Positions 1 through 9,051 of a stretch of DNA of 28,610 nt are shown here, one piece after another. A model generated the notes under the pieces. It was given only the letters and a program-made list of their open reading frames with translations, did not search any database and was not told the DNA's origin. Position numbers and translations under genes: made by a program. The stretch comes from Deltaproteobacteria bacterium (GTDB lineage Bacteria > Desulfobacterota > DSM-4660 > Desulfatiglandales > Desulfatiglandaceae), in the NCBI GenBank assembly GCA_019307165.1, contig JAFDKD010000043.1, forward strand, positions 1-28,610, written 5' to 3'. Every line of letters begins with the position of its first letter. The first letter of the stretch is position 1.

Positions 1-1273
1 AGGCCTCGTAAGCAGCCATGTCCACCAGGCCGTGCCCGCTCCAATTAAACAGGATAACCTTTTCCTTGCCTTCCTCCTTGGCTTTCAGGGCCTCGCGGAT
101 GACCACCGCAACGGCATGGTTGGTTTCCGGCGCGCTGATAAACCCTTCGGTCCTGGCAAAGGTGATTCCGGCCTGAAATGTTTCGAGCTGCGCGACGGCA
201 ACCGGTCTGATGAGGTTGTCCAAAAGCAGCTGGCTGATAACGGGCGCCATGCCGTGATATCGCAGACCGCCGGCATGGATGGGTTCGGGTATGAAGCCAT
301 GCCCCAGTGTGTACATGGGAAGCAGCGGCGTCATCTGAACCGTGTCCCCGAAGTCATAGGCGAACGGCCCTCTGGTCATGGTGGGGCACGATGTGGGTTC
401 AACGCCGATGATATCGATATCCTTGCCGTGGATCTTGTCACAGACGAACGGGAGGCAATGCCCCGCGAAATTGCTGCCCCCTCCGGCGCAGCCGATCACC
501 ACATCGGGATAGTCTCCGGCAATGGCCATCTGTTTCTGGGTTTCAAGACCGTTGACGGTCTGATGAAGCATGACGTGATTCAGGACGCTTCCCAGGGAGT
601 ACTTGCTGTTTTCACCCGTGACCGCCGCCTCCACCGCCTCGCTGATGGCAATGCCCAGGCTTCCCGGGGAATCGGGATTCTGCGCCAGGATGGTCTGGCC
701 CGCCTTGGTTTCGGTGCTCGGGCTCGCCACGCAGGTGGCCCCCCAGGTCTCCATCATCATGCGGCGGTAAGGCTTCTGCTGAAAGCTCACCTTGACCATA
801 TAGACCTTGCATTCCAGGCCGAAAAGGGCGCAGGAAAAGGCCAGGGCGCTACCCCACTGGCCCGCGCCTGTCTCGGTGCAGATGCGTTTGGTGCCCGAAA
901 TCTTGTTGTAGTATGCCTGCGCAATGGCGGTATTGGGCTTGTGGCTGCCGGCGGGGCTCACGCCCTCGTTCTTGAAATAGATCTTGGCCGGTGTCTCCAG
1001 ATGTTTTTCAAGTGCATACGCCCTGTAGAGAGGCGTAGGACGCCACATCAGATATTTTTCCAGGATTTCTTCCGGAATATCGATCCATCTTTCCTGGCTC
1101 ATTTCCTGCTCGATCAGCGGCATGGGGAAGATGGGGGCCAGGTCGTCCGGGCCTGCGGGTTGACCGGTCCCCGGATGAAGCGGCGGCTCCATCGGCGTGG
1201 GCATGTCGGCTGCGATATTGTACCACTGACGGGGCAATTCCGACTCGGGAAGAACAATCTTTTTGACGTCCAT
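1..1273 (-). CDS. trpB: TrpB2-type tryptophan synthase beta chain (TrpB-like PLP enzyme), 3' end beyond window edge
   Basis: Manual minus-strand translation from ATG 1273 (RBS AAGGAGG): [25 protein letters not shown]...[27 protein letters not shown]...[12 protein letters not shown]...[18 protein letters not shown]. The SHKPN PLP-lysine and ETGAGQWG motifs are TrpB2 hallmarks. Absent from the ORF track because no stop lies in the window. Confidence 0.95.
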   Translation of the reverse strand, partial: MDVKKIVLPESELPRQWYNIAADMPTPMEPPLHPGTGQPAGPDDLAPIFPMPLIEQEMSQERWIDIPEEILEKYLMWRPTPLYRAYALEKHLETPAKIYFKNEGVSPAGSHKPNTAIAQAYYNKISGTKRICTETGAGQWGSALAFSCALFGLECKVYMVKVSFQQKPYRRMMMETWGATCVASPSTETKAGQTILAQNPDSPGSLGIAISEAVEAAVTGENSKYSLGSVLNHVMLHQTVNGLETQKQMAIAGDYPDVVIGCAGGGSNFAGHCLPFVCDKIHGKDIDIIGVEPTSCPTMTRGPFAYDFGDTVQMTPLLPMYTLGHGFIPEPIHAGGLRYHGMAPVISQLLLDNLIRPVAVAQLETFQAGITFARTEGFISAPETNHAVAVVIREALKAKEEGKEKVILFNWSGHGLVDMAAYEA

Positions 1274-1616
1274 AACGCCTCCTTTTCTCGAATGTGATTG
1301 CGGTTTTCACCCGAGAACTCCTCAGCCTCGAGCACCTGTAACCCGTTGATGCAACCGGAAAACGCCAATCATCAGCACGCCTGGTCGCGGCCTTTGCCTG
1401 CAAAGAAAATTTACTGCAAAAACCACAAGAATTGAGGTTTTCCGGCTGTTATAAAATTACTTGAGAAGGCTCTGCGATAAAAAGCCAAAATTGCACTAAA
1501 TCCCAATATTGATAAAGTCGAGGATGCGTTGGCGTTACAACCATTGGGGAATGCGGCCCGAATCGTGAGTGAGGGTAATGCTTTTACCGGTTAAAGTCAA
1601 ATGGTAAAGGCGAAAT

Positions 1617-1634
1617 CGGGGCTGACCAGCCCCG
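1617..1634 (-). terminator. GC-rich hairpin just downstream of the 118-aa gene, possible weak terminator
   Basis: CGGGGCT-GACC-AGCCCCG perfect 7-bp stem 12 nt past the stop; only a short AUUUC tail on the minus strand. Confidence 0.35.
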
Positions 1635-1645
1635 GGGCGTCAGTC

Positions 1646-2002
1646 TCAGTCTTTCTTGTCCCAATCGAGGCTGATTTTAAAGATTTTCTCTTCGCCCGTA
1701 GACAGTACTCTACCCAGCCACTGCCCGTCTTTCCTGCAGATTACCTCCACACGCTCTCCCTGCCTGGCCGTCTTGAACCCGAGATCGGCCATTCTGCAGG
1801 GCTCCGCCACCGTCCCGCCGAAACTCGTCTCAACAAAGGCTTCATTCTGCTCAAAGGTATCCATGTCCGGTACTATGCCCATCTGGTAAGCGAATGCATC
1901 CACCTGCTCAGGTGGGATAACATCCCCCAGTGTAACGGTCGGGGAAAACGCCGCCAGGAAGATCAGCCATGCGGCTGAGTGCGCGATGGTCGAAATTTTC
2001 AT
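1646..2002 (-). CDS. Hypothetical exported protein (118 aa)
   Basis: N-terminal signal-peptide-like segment (MKISTIAHSAAWLIFLAAFSPTVTLG); co-oriented with neighbouring genes. Confidence 0.7.
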   Translation of the reverse strand: MKISTIAHSAAWLIFLAAFSPTVTLGDVIPPEQVDAFAYQMGIVPDMDTFEQNEAFVETSFGGTVAEPCRMADLGFKTARQGERVEVICRKDGQWLGRVLSTGEEKIFKISLDWDKKD

Positions 2003-2072
2003 GAATTCATTAACTCCGTTCGATTTCCAACAAATAGTATTCGGTCACGGCATTAGAGTGCCAACCGGCGTG

Positions 2073-2633
2073 TCATCGGTACCATGTGGACGGGTATGGA
2101 CTGTCCCACACGTCCTGTTGACCATAACCGGAATGAAGGGGGACCTGCATGGGGTCCCTTATTTCCCTGGGCCTGATATAGATTTCCCGGCTCTTGAGGA
2201 GCAAGCAGGGTTCCGGGCACTTGCCGAATCCCTCCGGCGCAAGCCCTTCGACAACGCCCGCGACCGTAACGGGTCGATTTTCCTCATACGCTTCCGCCCC
2301 GAGCGGGCCTTTGTGCCAGACAACAAAAGTCCCTTGGGAAAGGGTCTTGGATTTCGGCTCGTCCAAATTGTTCAACGGCGCCTGGAGCACGGTAATGTAA
2401 ATCTCGTCCTTCACCGCCTTGACCCCTCTGGTATACCCCCCCAGGATCACGGTCCGGCCTTTGTATGCATCAAGGTTTCCGACGATCTCAGGGTAGGGCA
2501 CGGGCGGGATGGCCTCTCTTGTCACTTCGGGAGAGAGCGGGGAGCACGCGGCCGCACAAATTGCCGCCATCAAAAGAAATGGAATTACTTTTAGCTTAAT
2601 TACTTCTAGCTTAATCACTTCTAGCTTAATCAT
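2073..2633 (-). CDS. Slp-family outer membrane lipoprotein (186 aa, start moved to ATG 2633)
   Basis: Lipobox-like AAAC-S, then VILGG, FVVWHKGPLGAEAYEENRPVTVAGVVEG pattern typical of Slp/YeaY. ATG 2633 overlaps the cysC stop (CATGATTAA). Confidence 0.85.
   Translation of the reverse strand: MIKLEVIKLEVIKLKVIPFLLMAAICAAACSPLSPEVTREAIPPVPYPEIVGNLDAYKGRTVILGGYTRGVKAVKDEIYITVLQAPLNNLDEPKSKTLSQGTFVVWHKGPLGAEAYEENRPVTVAGVVEGLAPEGFGKCPEPCLLLKSREIYIRPREIRDPMQVPLHSGYGQQDVWDSPYPSTWYR
2583..2633. repeat. 15-bp tandem repeat x3.4 at the Slp start
   Basis: aattacttttagctt / aattacttctagctt / aatcacttctagctt / aatcat; encodes [16 protein letters not shown] on the minus strand. Confidence 0.9.
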
Positions 2634-3291
2634 GGTCTTCGACAGCCTCCCGGGAAACGCCGATAATGTGCCGCTGCTTAATGAGATCGTATACCCGCCG
2701 CGCCGCGGTATCGGCGTCTTCATCGCTGGAATGGATCGTCAAATCGGGATCGGCGGGCTCTTCATAGGGGGCCGAAACGCCGGTAAATTCCTTTATTTCT
2801 CCTCGTTGCGCCCTTTCATACAGGCCCTTGGGGTCCCTGGCCGCGCAGACTTCAGGCGGGCACTGCACGAAAATCTCCAGGAACGAAGCATCGCCGACCA
2901 AGCGGCGTACGCTGTCCCTGTCTTCCTTGTACGGCGAAATAAATGCCGTTACGGCAATAACGCCCGCATCGACGAAAAGCTTCGTCATTTCGCCGATTCG
3001 CCGGATGTTCTCGCTTCGATGTTCGGGCGTAAAGCTCAGGTCGGCGCAAAGCCCATGGCGAACGTTGTCCCCGTCGAATACATAGGTGGAGCAGCCGGCC
3101 TCGTAAAGCAGTCTCTCAAGATGGTGGGCAATGGTGGATTTCCCGGAGGCGGATAATCCGGTAAACCATATGACCGCGCCTTTGTGACCGTGAAGGTTTT
3201 CGCGTTTTTCACGGGAGACGGCGCCGTTAAACCAGGTGACGTTGTTTTTCTCCCGCACCTCTTGAATGTCGGTTTCAATGGGTTTGCTCAC
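2626..3291 (-). CDS. cysC: Adenylyl-sulfate (APS) kinase
   Basis: [15 protein letters not shown]-loop, [33 protein letters not shown] motifs; GTGA overlap with the upstream gene. Confidence 0.97.
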   Translation of the reverse strand: MSKPIETDIQEVREKNNVTWFNGAVSREKRENLHGHKGAVIWFTGLSASGKSTIAHHLERLLYEAGCSTYVFDGDNVRHGLCADLSFTPEHRSENIRRIGEMTKLFVDAGVIAVTAFISPYKEDRDSVRRLVGDASFLEIFVQCPPEVCAARDPKGLYERAQRGEIKEFTGVSAPYEEPADPDLTIHSSDEDADTAARRVYDLIKQRHIIGVSREAVEDHD

Positions 3292-4262
3292 GTCGTGCCG
3301 CCGTTCCCTGCCGGATCTCTCATCTTCTTCTTGAAGTAATCGATGGTCTTTTCCAGTCCCTGCGCCAACTGAATTGTCGGCTGCCAGTTCAGACGTTGTT
3401 GCGCCAGGCCGATGTCCGGCTTTCTCTGCAGAGGGTCATCCTGGGGCAGCGGCCTCGAAACGATGGCGGATTGACTGTCTGTCAACCGAATGATCGTTTC
3501 GGCCAGTTCCCTAATGCTGAACTCCCCCGGATTTCCCAGATTCACCGGGCCGACAAAGTCGTCCGGCCCGCTCATCATTCGAATGACCCCCTCCACCATG
3601 TCGTCTACATAGCAGAACGACCGCGTCTGGGACCCATCGCCATACAGGGTCAAATCCTTCCCGGTAAGGGCTTGGATAATGAAGTTGCTCACCACTCGGC
3701 CGTCGTTGGGGTGCATTCTGGGTCCGTAGGTGTTGAAAATCCGGACCACCCTGATATTGACGCGGTTCTGTCGGTGATAATCGAAGAACAGGGTCTCGGC
3801 GCATCGCTTACCCTCGTCATAACAGGACCTGGGGCCGATGGTGTTGACGTTTCCCCAATAATCTTCCTTTTGAGGATGAACCGTCGGGTTTCCATATATT
3901 TCGCTGGTTGAAGCCTGGAGAATTTTGGCCCCGACCCGCTTTGCCATCCCGAGCATGTTGATGGCGCCCATGACGCTGGTCTTCGTTGTCTTGACCGGGT
4001 TGTATTGATAATGGATGGGAGACGCGGGGCAGGCCAAATTGTAAATCTGATCCACTTCCAGAAAAATGGGCGCCACGAGATCGTGCCGTATCAACTCAAA
4101 ATTGGGCTTTCCCAGCAGATGCCCGATATTCTCTTTTGTCCCCGTAAAAAAATTATCCAGGCACAGGACATCATGCCCCTCCGCCACGAGGCGCTCACAC
4201 AGATGGGAGCCGAGAAAACCGGCGCCGCCGGTGACCAAAATGCGCGTTTTAAGATGAATCAC
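3288..4262 (-). CDS. UDP-glucuronate decarboxylase (UDP-xylose synthase, SDR family)
   Basis: [73 protein letters not shown]. Confidence 0.95.
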   Translation of the reverse strand: MIHLKTRILVTGGAGFLGSHLCERLVAEGHDVLCLDNFFTGTKENIGHLLGKPNFELIRHDLVAPIFLEVDQIYNLACPASPIHYQYNPVKTTKTSVMGAINMLGMAKRVGAKILQASTSEIYGNPTVHPQKEDYWGNVNTIGPRSCYDEGKRCAETLFFDYHRQNRVNIRVVRIFNTYGPRMHPNDGRVVSNFIIQALTGKDLTLYGDGSQTRSFCYVDDMVEGVIRMMSGPDDFVGPVNLGNPGEFSIRELAETIIRLTDSQSAIVSRPLPQDDPLQRKPDIGLAQQRLNWQPTIQLAQGLEKTIDYFKKKMRDPAGNGGTT

Positions 4263-4281
4263 GGTGTCGTAACGTCCTTAT

Positions 4282-4493
4282 ATGAAACTTCGTAGGGTTC
4301 AAAGGTTCAGGGTTCAAGGTTCAGGGTTGCGGGTTACTTTGTACGCTCCCCCCTTCGAAAAAGGGGGACCTAAAAAACCCCGAGACTACTGCCGTCTTCA
4401 TGAAGCTTCCTGTTCGATCAGACTTGTCGGAGCGTAGCGGAGATCCCGCCGCCCTTGGGCGGGGCCGACCCCCAGGCCAAAAGCAGCGCTTAC
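4282..4493 (-). repeat. Modular intergenic repeat element, copy E1
   Basis: Contains ATGAAACTTCGTA plus a GGTTCA(A/G)G array, a CCCCCCTT..AAGGGGG hairpin, a 29-bp block identical (reverse complement) to 25754-25782, and the GGCCGACCCCCAGGCCA..GCGCT core shared with 18003-18030 and 22820-22849. Confidence 0.85.
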
Positions 4494-4500
4494 CGATGAG

Positions 4501-5880
4501 TTAGAAATGAGTCAATGCCACCTTCCCGATGGGGAACACATTAAACCCGATCTCATGAAGCCGCTTATGATCGAGAATATTTCGACCGTCAAATATATAT
4601 GCCGGTTTGCTCATGGAGCGAAATATGGCGCTATAATCGAGTTCCCGGTACACATCCCACTCCGTCATGACGGCAACGGCGTCACACCCCGATGCGGCGG
4701 CATAGGGATCTTCCTCATAGGAGACCTTTCCCGGAATCCCTTTCAGGTCCGCCCTCGCATTTTCCAGGGCCTTGGGATCGCTTATGACCAGTTCCGCCCG
4801 CTCCTCCAGCAGTCTTCCGGCAATGCCGATGGCGGGACTCTCCCGCGTATCTCCCGTATTGGCCTTAAAGGCAAAACCGAACATGCAGATCCGCTTTCCC
4901 GCCAGGGTATTGAACATGGCGGCAAGCATCTCCAGGATGAAGCGTCTTTTTTGATAATCGTTGATCCGCAGAACACCGTCCCAGTAGTCGGCCACTTCCT
5001 CAAGTCCGTAATGGCGGCAGAGATACACCAGGTTTAAAATATCCTTCTTAAAACAGGAGCCGCCGAAACCCACGCTGGCGTTGAGGAATTTGTGGCCCAC
5101 GCGGCTGTCCATGCCCACGGCCCTGGAAACCTCCGTAACGTCCGCGTCGGTCTTCTCGCACAAAGCAGAAATCGAGTTGATGGATGAGATGCGCTGGGCC
5201 AGAAACGCATTGGACACGAGCTTGGACAACTCGCTGCTCCAAATATTGGTGGTCAGTATGCGGTCCTTCGGGACCCAGTTGGCATATATTTCAACCAACT
5301 GATCCCGGGCTTTCAGGCCGGCGGGCGTTTCCCGCGAGCCCACCAGCACCCGGTCCGGGTCCTCGAGGTCTTTTATGGCGGAACCTTCGGCCAGGAATTC
5401 GGGATTGGACAGAACATCGAAATTAATGCCGTTGTTCTCAGCGGTGAGGATCTTTTCCATGGCCAGGGCGGTCCTCACCGGCAGCGTGCTCTTTTCCACG
5501 ATAATCTTGGGGGAGTCCGAGCATTCCCGTATCTCCCGGGCGGTTCGCTCCCAGTACTGGAGATCCGCCGCCATACCAGCGCCTGCGCCGAACGTTTTGG
5601 TAGGGGTGTTTACGCTCACGAAAATAATATCCGCCCGGCGTATGCCGCCCTTGATGTCCGCGCTGAAAAAAAGGTTTCTTCCCCTTGCCGCTTCGACGAT
5701 CTCATCCAGCCCCGGTTCGTAAATTGGGAGATTCCCCGAGTTCCACCGGCTGATCCGGTTCTCGTTGATATCGACCACCGTAACCTTGTACTGGGGGCAC
5801 TTAAAGGCGATCATCGCCATGGTGGGACCGCCTACGTACCCCGCACCGATACACAGTATATCCTTTTCAAACTCAGACAC
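4501..5880 (-). CDS. ugd: UDP-glucose 6-dehydrogenase (start taken as GTG 5880)
   Basis: ILCIGAGYVGGPT, FVSVNTPTK, IVEKSTLPV, LSNPEFLAEG, GFGGSCFKKD, FAFKANTGDTRESP, FDGRNIL motifs. Confidence 0.95.
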   Translation of the reverse strand: MSEFEKDILCIGAGYVGGPTMAMIAFKCPQYKVTVVDINENRISRWNSGNLPIYEPGLDEIVEAARGRNLFFSADIKGGIRRADIIFVSVNTPTKTFGAGAGMAADLQYWERTAREIRECSDSPKIIVEKSTLPVRTALAMEKILTAENNGINFDVLSNPEFLAEGSAIKDLEDPDRVLVGSRETPAGLKARDQLVEIYANWVPKDRILTTNIWSSELSKLVSNAFLAQRISSINSISALCEKTDADVTEVSRAVGMDSRVGHKFLNASVGFGGSCFKKDILNLVYLCRHYGLEEVADYWDGVLRINDYQKRRFILEMLAAMFNTLAGKRICMFGFAFKANTGDTRESPAIGIAGRLLEERAELVISDPKALENARADLKGIPGKVSYEEDPYAAASGCDAVAVMTEWDVYRELDYSAIFRSMSKPAYIFDGRNILDHKRLHEIGFNVFPIGKVALTHF

Positions 5881-5972
5881 GAAAAATCCATCCTCGGACC
5901 GTATGACCGTGATCAGCCATATTTTCAGGACTTGCCCGCAAACCACGCGGTACCGACATTTAACATTTTGAT

Positions 5973-6004
5973 ATAATTTAAATTATTTTTCGACGGCGCG
6001 TCAA
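5973..6004 (-). promoter_or_regulatory. Putative sigma70 promoter of the ugd operon overlapping a 14-bp perfect palindrome
   Basis: Minus-strand TTGACG (6004-5999), 18-nt spacer, TAAATT (5980-5975); ATAATTTAAATTAT palindrome at 5973-5986. Confidence 0.45.
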
Positions 6005-6266
6005 GTGAAAGCGCGTTCGCCCCCGCCGAAACTACCGGTAAATCACGGAATAAGCGCGTTGATGACGGAAGAACTTGCCGACCGTCCCGGCAGCCATCGA
6101 CATATAGGATGCAACCCTTTGCTCTGTCAACGGTTTTTTCCCAGAGAAACCGCCGGGGGCGGCAAGAGATAGAGACTCCTTCACGGCCTGTTTACCCGGC
6201 TGGAACCATCGGGAGTTGCCGGGACCTGCGACCGATATCCAAAAAGACAAGAGAGAGGTGAATACC

Positions 6267-6359
6267 GTGGACAAGCGAATGTCGAGCGTCAGTTACAAAC
6301 TCATGACCGTCATACTCAGGATGCGTGATTTCATCAGGCCGCGTAGAAATCCTTCGTGA
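6267..6359 (+). pseudogene. 30-codon N-terminal stub of a class I SAM methyltransferase fused to a CTTCGTG repeat
   Basis: RBS GAGAGGTGA, then GTG: MDKRMSSVSYKLMTVILRMRDFIRPRRNPS*. Resembles, from recall, the N-terminus of deltaproteobacterial methyltransferases, ending before any SAM-binding motif. Confidence 0.55.
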
Positions 6360-6378
6360 TGTTCGTGCGCTTCGTGGT
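6352..6378 (+). repeat. Short (C/G)TTCGTG tandem array
   Basis: cttcgtg-at-gttcgtg-cg-cttcgtg. Confidence 0.7.
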
Positions 6379-6459
6379 AAAATTAAGGGCATCCAAATCG
6401 GCTGACCCTAAAATCGCGAAACAGTGCACTTTGCACATGCAAAACAGCAGCGATTGAGC

Positions 6460-7014
6460 ATGAAAACGAAACGGCGGATATTTGCCTTACTCATCTCGAG
6501 CGTATTTGCTTTTTCAGCTGCTTGCCCGGTCAATGCGGGTGAGGGAGGGCGTATGACCAAAAAGGATGTTATCGATGCACAACAGGCCTGGGGCGATGCC
6601 ATGGTGTCCATTGGCAGCGCATATTCCGACAAACGGGACTACAAAGCCTTGGCAGCGCAACTTGTTGAAACGCTATATGGGTATGAAAAAGGCCCGGTTT
6701 TATTTAAACCCACAAAGGCGGCGAAAAAGCAGTTTCGGCTTACGGAAAAAGAGGCTGTTTCATACTTCGTCACCGGCGTGGCGCCTGAGGACCATGGCTT
6801 CGCCCTTCAGCCATGGCGCAAGGTGAGATTCGAAAACACCGGGATAATCCTTCATGCCGACGCCGCCATTGCCATGGGAAATTACTATTTTACCGATGCC
6901 GAAACGGGAAAGGAAACAAAAGCCGAGTTTACTTTCGGGTATGTCAAAGATGAGAATGGACGGGTTGTTATCAACGTACACCACTCATCTTTCCCATATA
7001 GTCCGATCCATTGA
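6460..7014 (+). CDS. Exported NTF2-like protein, candidate COG4337-type iota carbonic anhydrase
   Basis: Signal peptide; AQQAWGDA, VLFKPTKA, SYFV, GFAL.PW..VRFEN, AMGNYYFTD and terminal VHHSSFPY motifs. Confidence 0.75.
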   Translation: MKTKRRIFALLISSVFAFSAACPVNAGEGGRMTKKDVIDAQQAWGDAMVSIGSAYSDKRDYKALAAQLVETLYGYEKGPVLFKPTKAAKKQFRLTEKEAVSYFVTGVAPEDHGFALQPWRKVRFENTGIILHADAAIAMGNYYFTDAETGKETKAEFTFGYVKDENGRVVINVHHSSFPYSPIH

Positions 7015-7042
7015 ATTCACTTGGGCGTGAAAGGATGACAAG

Positions 7043-7684
7043 ATGCTGACACAAGAGAACAACCTGACGGTAATTTCTATTCCTTCGGCTTTCAAAATGG
7101 TGGGCATCATCGCAGGGACATGGGCGCTACTGGTCGTGCTGAGTTCAACCCTGGCCTATCTCCCTGGACATCCCGACTTCTCGCTGTTCACCACTTACCT
7201 GAGCGATATCGGTGACACTGCCGGGTGCGGCACGCTTATGGCCGCACCCATGCGGTACCTTGTCGTCGTGCTGCTGGTCTTGCGCCTTTTGCAGTTGGGC
7301 GCCGGCCGTGCCTTTGCCGTAGCGGCCCTGATAATCGGATTGATTTCAACCGCCGGCACTGTATTCATGACCGCCGTTCCTTTCAGCGTATCGCCGGCAA
7401 TCCATAAATCGGGCATCCCGCTGTATTTTCTCGGCGTCGTCGTTCTCCAGACGTTAATCGGCATCCGTGAATGGTCGCTGAGAAACGTTCCCAAAATCCT
7501 GCCGGTGTTGTGCTTCCTGATGGTATCTGTGTATTTCATATTTGCCACATTGGTCATTCTCCACGAGCAAGGTACGGTTGGCCGGAGCACGCCCGTGATC
7601 TGGGAATGGCTGGCTTTCTTCTCGTCCGTGGCTTGGGTATTCGCGCAGAGCATTTTGTTGGGAGGGAAGGAAGCCGCCCGGTAA
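7043..7684 (+). CDS. Polytopic membrane protein (DUF998/Frag1-like)
   Basis: About 5-6 hydrophobic segments; YLSDIG, H-containing SPAIHKSG and terminal WEW motifs. Confidence 0.65.
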   Translation: MLTQENNLTVISIPSAFKMVGIIAGTWALLVVLSSTLAYLPGHPDFSLFTTYLSDIGDTAGCGTLMAAPMRYLVVVLLVLRLLQLGAGRAFAVAALIIGLISTAGTVFMTAVPFSVSPAIHKSGIPLYFLGVVVLQTLIGIREWSLRNVPKILPVLCFLMVSVYFIFATLVILHEQGTVGRSTPVIWEWLAFFSSVAWVFAQSILLGGKEAAR

Positions 7685-7714
7685 TCATCAGCACCCTTCC
7701 TATCTCACCAGCGC

Positions 7715-7759
7715 TTTTTTTTGGGATGACGCTGAACAGCGTAGGCATCTCCAAAAAAA
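7715..7759. repeat. Long imperfect inverted repeat immediately upstream of the 7764 promoter
   Basis: ttttttttgggatg-acgctg-aa-cagcgt-agg-catctccaaaaaaa. Confidence 0.6.
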
Positions 7760-7763
7760 TTCC

Positions 7764-7806
7764 TTGACAAAATTATTTGGTATGCCAAATATTGGTATGC
7801 CAAATA
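7764..7806 (+). promoter_or_regulatory. Promoter with tandem palindromic operator (likely MarR-type)
   Basis: Perfect TTGACA at 7764-7769; exact 15-bp direct repeat TTGGTATGCCAAATA at 7777-7791 and 7792-7806, each quasi-palindromic (TTGG-TATG-CCAA), covering the expected -10 region. Confidence 0.8.
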
Positions 7807-7828
7807 AATCATGGAAAGGAGTGCCGCT

Positions 7829-8581
7829 ATGAACGACATCGCTCAAAGGATTCAAGGGATCATGGAAGAAAACCATGTGCCCGTTTTCGGCATGGCCCCG
7901 TCGCATGCCCTCGAAGACGCGCCTTCCGGGAACAGGCCGACGGAGACGCTCACTGGCACCAAGAGTGTCTTTTGCATGGGCATTCCCATGCCCAGGGGCT
8001 TGTTCTTGTGCGGATCGCGGTCCCTGGCGACCTATTGGCGGGCGGCCGCCGTAACCTACCGGCAGATGGACTGGACCCTTCTTCAGGTGGCCCGCGCCGT
8101 TGAGGAAGATGGAGGGTCGGCCGTTCCCCTTTATGGGTGATTCCCCTATGACGTCCGGGGTCCGGGCGACTTTTGTGGATATGTGTCCCTTGTGAGCATG
8201 GCCGAGACCGTTGGAATCGGCAAGCGAGGCAAAAACAGCCTGATATTACACTCCAAGTATGGCCCGAGACTTATGCTGGGAGGGCTGCTCACCACCTCGG
8301 AACTGCCCACCGGCTGTTGGCCCGAAAAGGACGATACAGGGTGCCCGGAGGATTGCGATGTTTGTATGAAGGTCTGCCCCGTGGGCGCAATCGGAGAAAA
8401 TGGCGATGTAGATCGGTTGGCCTGCATTCGGCATTCCATGAAAAGCCCCCTCTTTTCTTTTCTGATGAAAACCAAGGCATTTGATCCACAGGACGCGGCT
8501 ATGATAAATCATGTCACAGCGGTTGATGACCATTCCTGGTATACCTGCATCAAGTGTGTGTCCGAGTGCCCCCTCCTGTAG
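7829..8581 (+). CDS. Candidate selenoprotein (Sec104): QueG/reductive-dehalogenase-like 2x[4Fe-4S] protein, 250 aa with TGA read-through
   Basis: RBS AAGGAG, ATG 7829. In-frame TGA 8138-8140 in ...AVPLYG-U-FPYDVRGPGDFCGYVSLVSMAETVGIGKRGKNSLILHSKYGPRLMLGGLLTT..., then CPEDCDVCMKVCP, AC and CIKCVSECP (8 Cys). SECIS-like hairpin follows; selB is in the window. Confidence 0.85.
8152..8168 (+). promoter_or_regulatory. Bacterial SECIS-like hairpin
   Basis: CGUCCGG-GGU-CCGGGCG: 7-bp stem (one G-U) starting 11 nt after UGA, apical loop GGU 18 nt after UGA; similar spacing and GGUC apex to the E. coli fdhF SECIS. Confidence 0.75.
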
Positions 8582-8608
8582 GGGCATAACAAATAGAGGC
8601 AGGATTTC

Positions 8609-9040
8609 ATGGCAACTGACGAACGCATTATATTCCCCCTGTTTCTAGCACAGCAAAGGCTGCGAACCCATATGCAGAAGGTCCTGCGGGACCAAGGCAT
8701 CCGGGTCACCGTGGCGCAGGCGGGCATCCTCTTCCTTCTGGAAAAGAGGGACGATCGGAACATGAGCGATCTGAGCCATGCCGTGGGCATGGACAACTCC
8801 ACACTGACCGGCTCGGTGGACCGTCTGGAAAAGGCCGGCTTTGTGACGCGGAAGACCAGCAGTCGGGACCGGCGCCGGCAACAGGTCCGGCTCACGGACC
8901 TGGGCCGGGAAGAGGCCGCGCTGGCCCGTCCGGTGATACGGGGGGTCAATAAGTCGATCAAGGACCGGTTCACCCGGAAGGAAATGGATGTCCTCCTGAA
9001 GGTGCTGTATGACTTGATTCATCATTTAAAGCCATATTAA
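8609..9040 (+). CDS. MarR-family transcriptional regulator
   Basis: VTVAQAGILFLL, MSDLSHAVGMDNSTLTGSVDRLEKAGFVTR, DRRRQQVRLTDLGR winged-helix pattern. Confidence 0.93.
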   Translation: MATDERIIFPLFLAQQRLRTHMQKVLRDQGIRVTVAQAGILFLLEKRDDRNMSDLSHAVGMDNSTLTGSVDRLEKAGFVTRKTSSRDRRRQQVRLTDLGREEAALARPVIRGVNKSIKDRFTRKEMDVLLKVLYDLIHHLKPY

Positions 9041-9051
9041 TTGGAAATTCA

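Noticed and set aside
32-1297. 421-aa plus-strand ORF
   Set aside because: Antisense shadow of trpB2, which has clear motifs and an RBS on the minus strand.
1274-1640. Trp attenuator or T-box upstream of trpB2
   Set aside because: No Trp-rich leader peptide or T-box motif seen; only a weak hairpin next to the RBS.
6032-6274. Short ORFs in the ugd upstream region
   Set aside because: No RBS or motif support in any frame.
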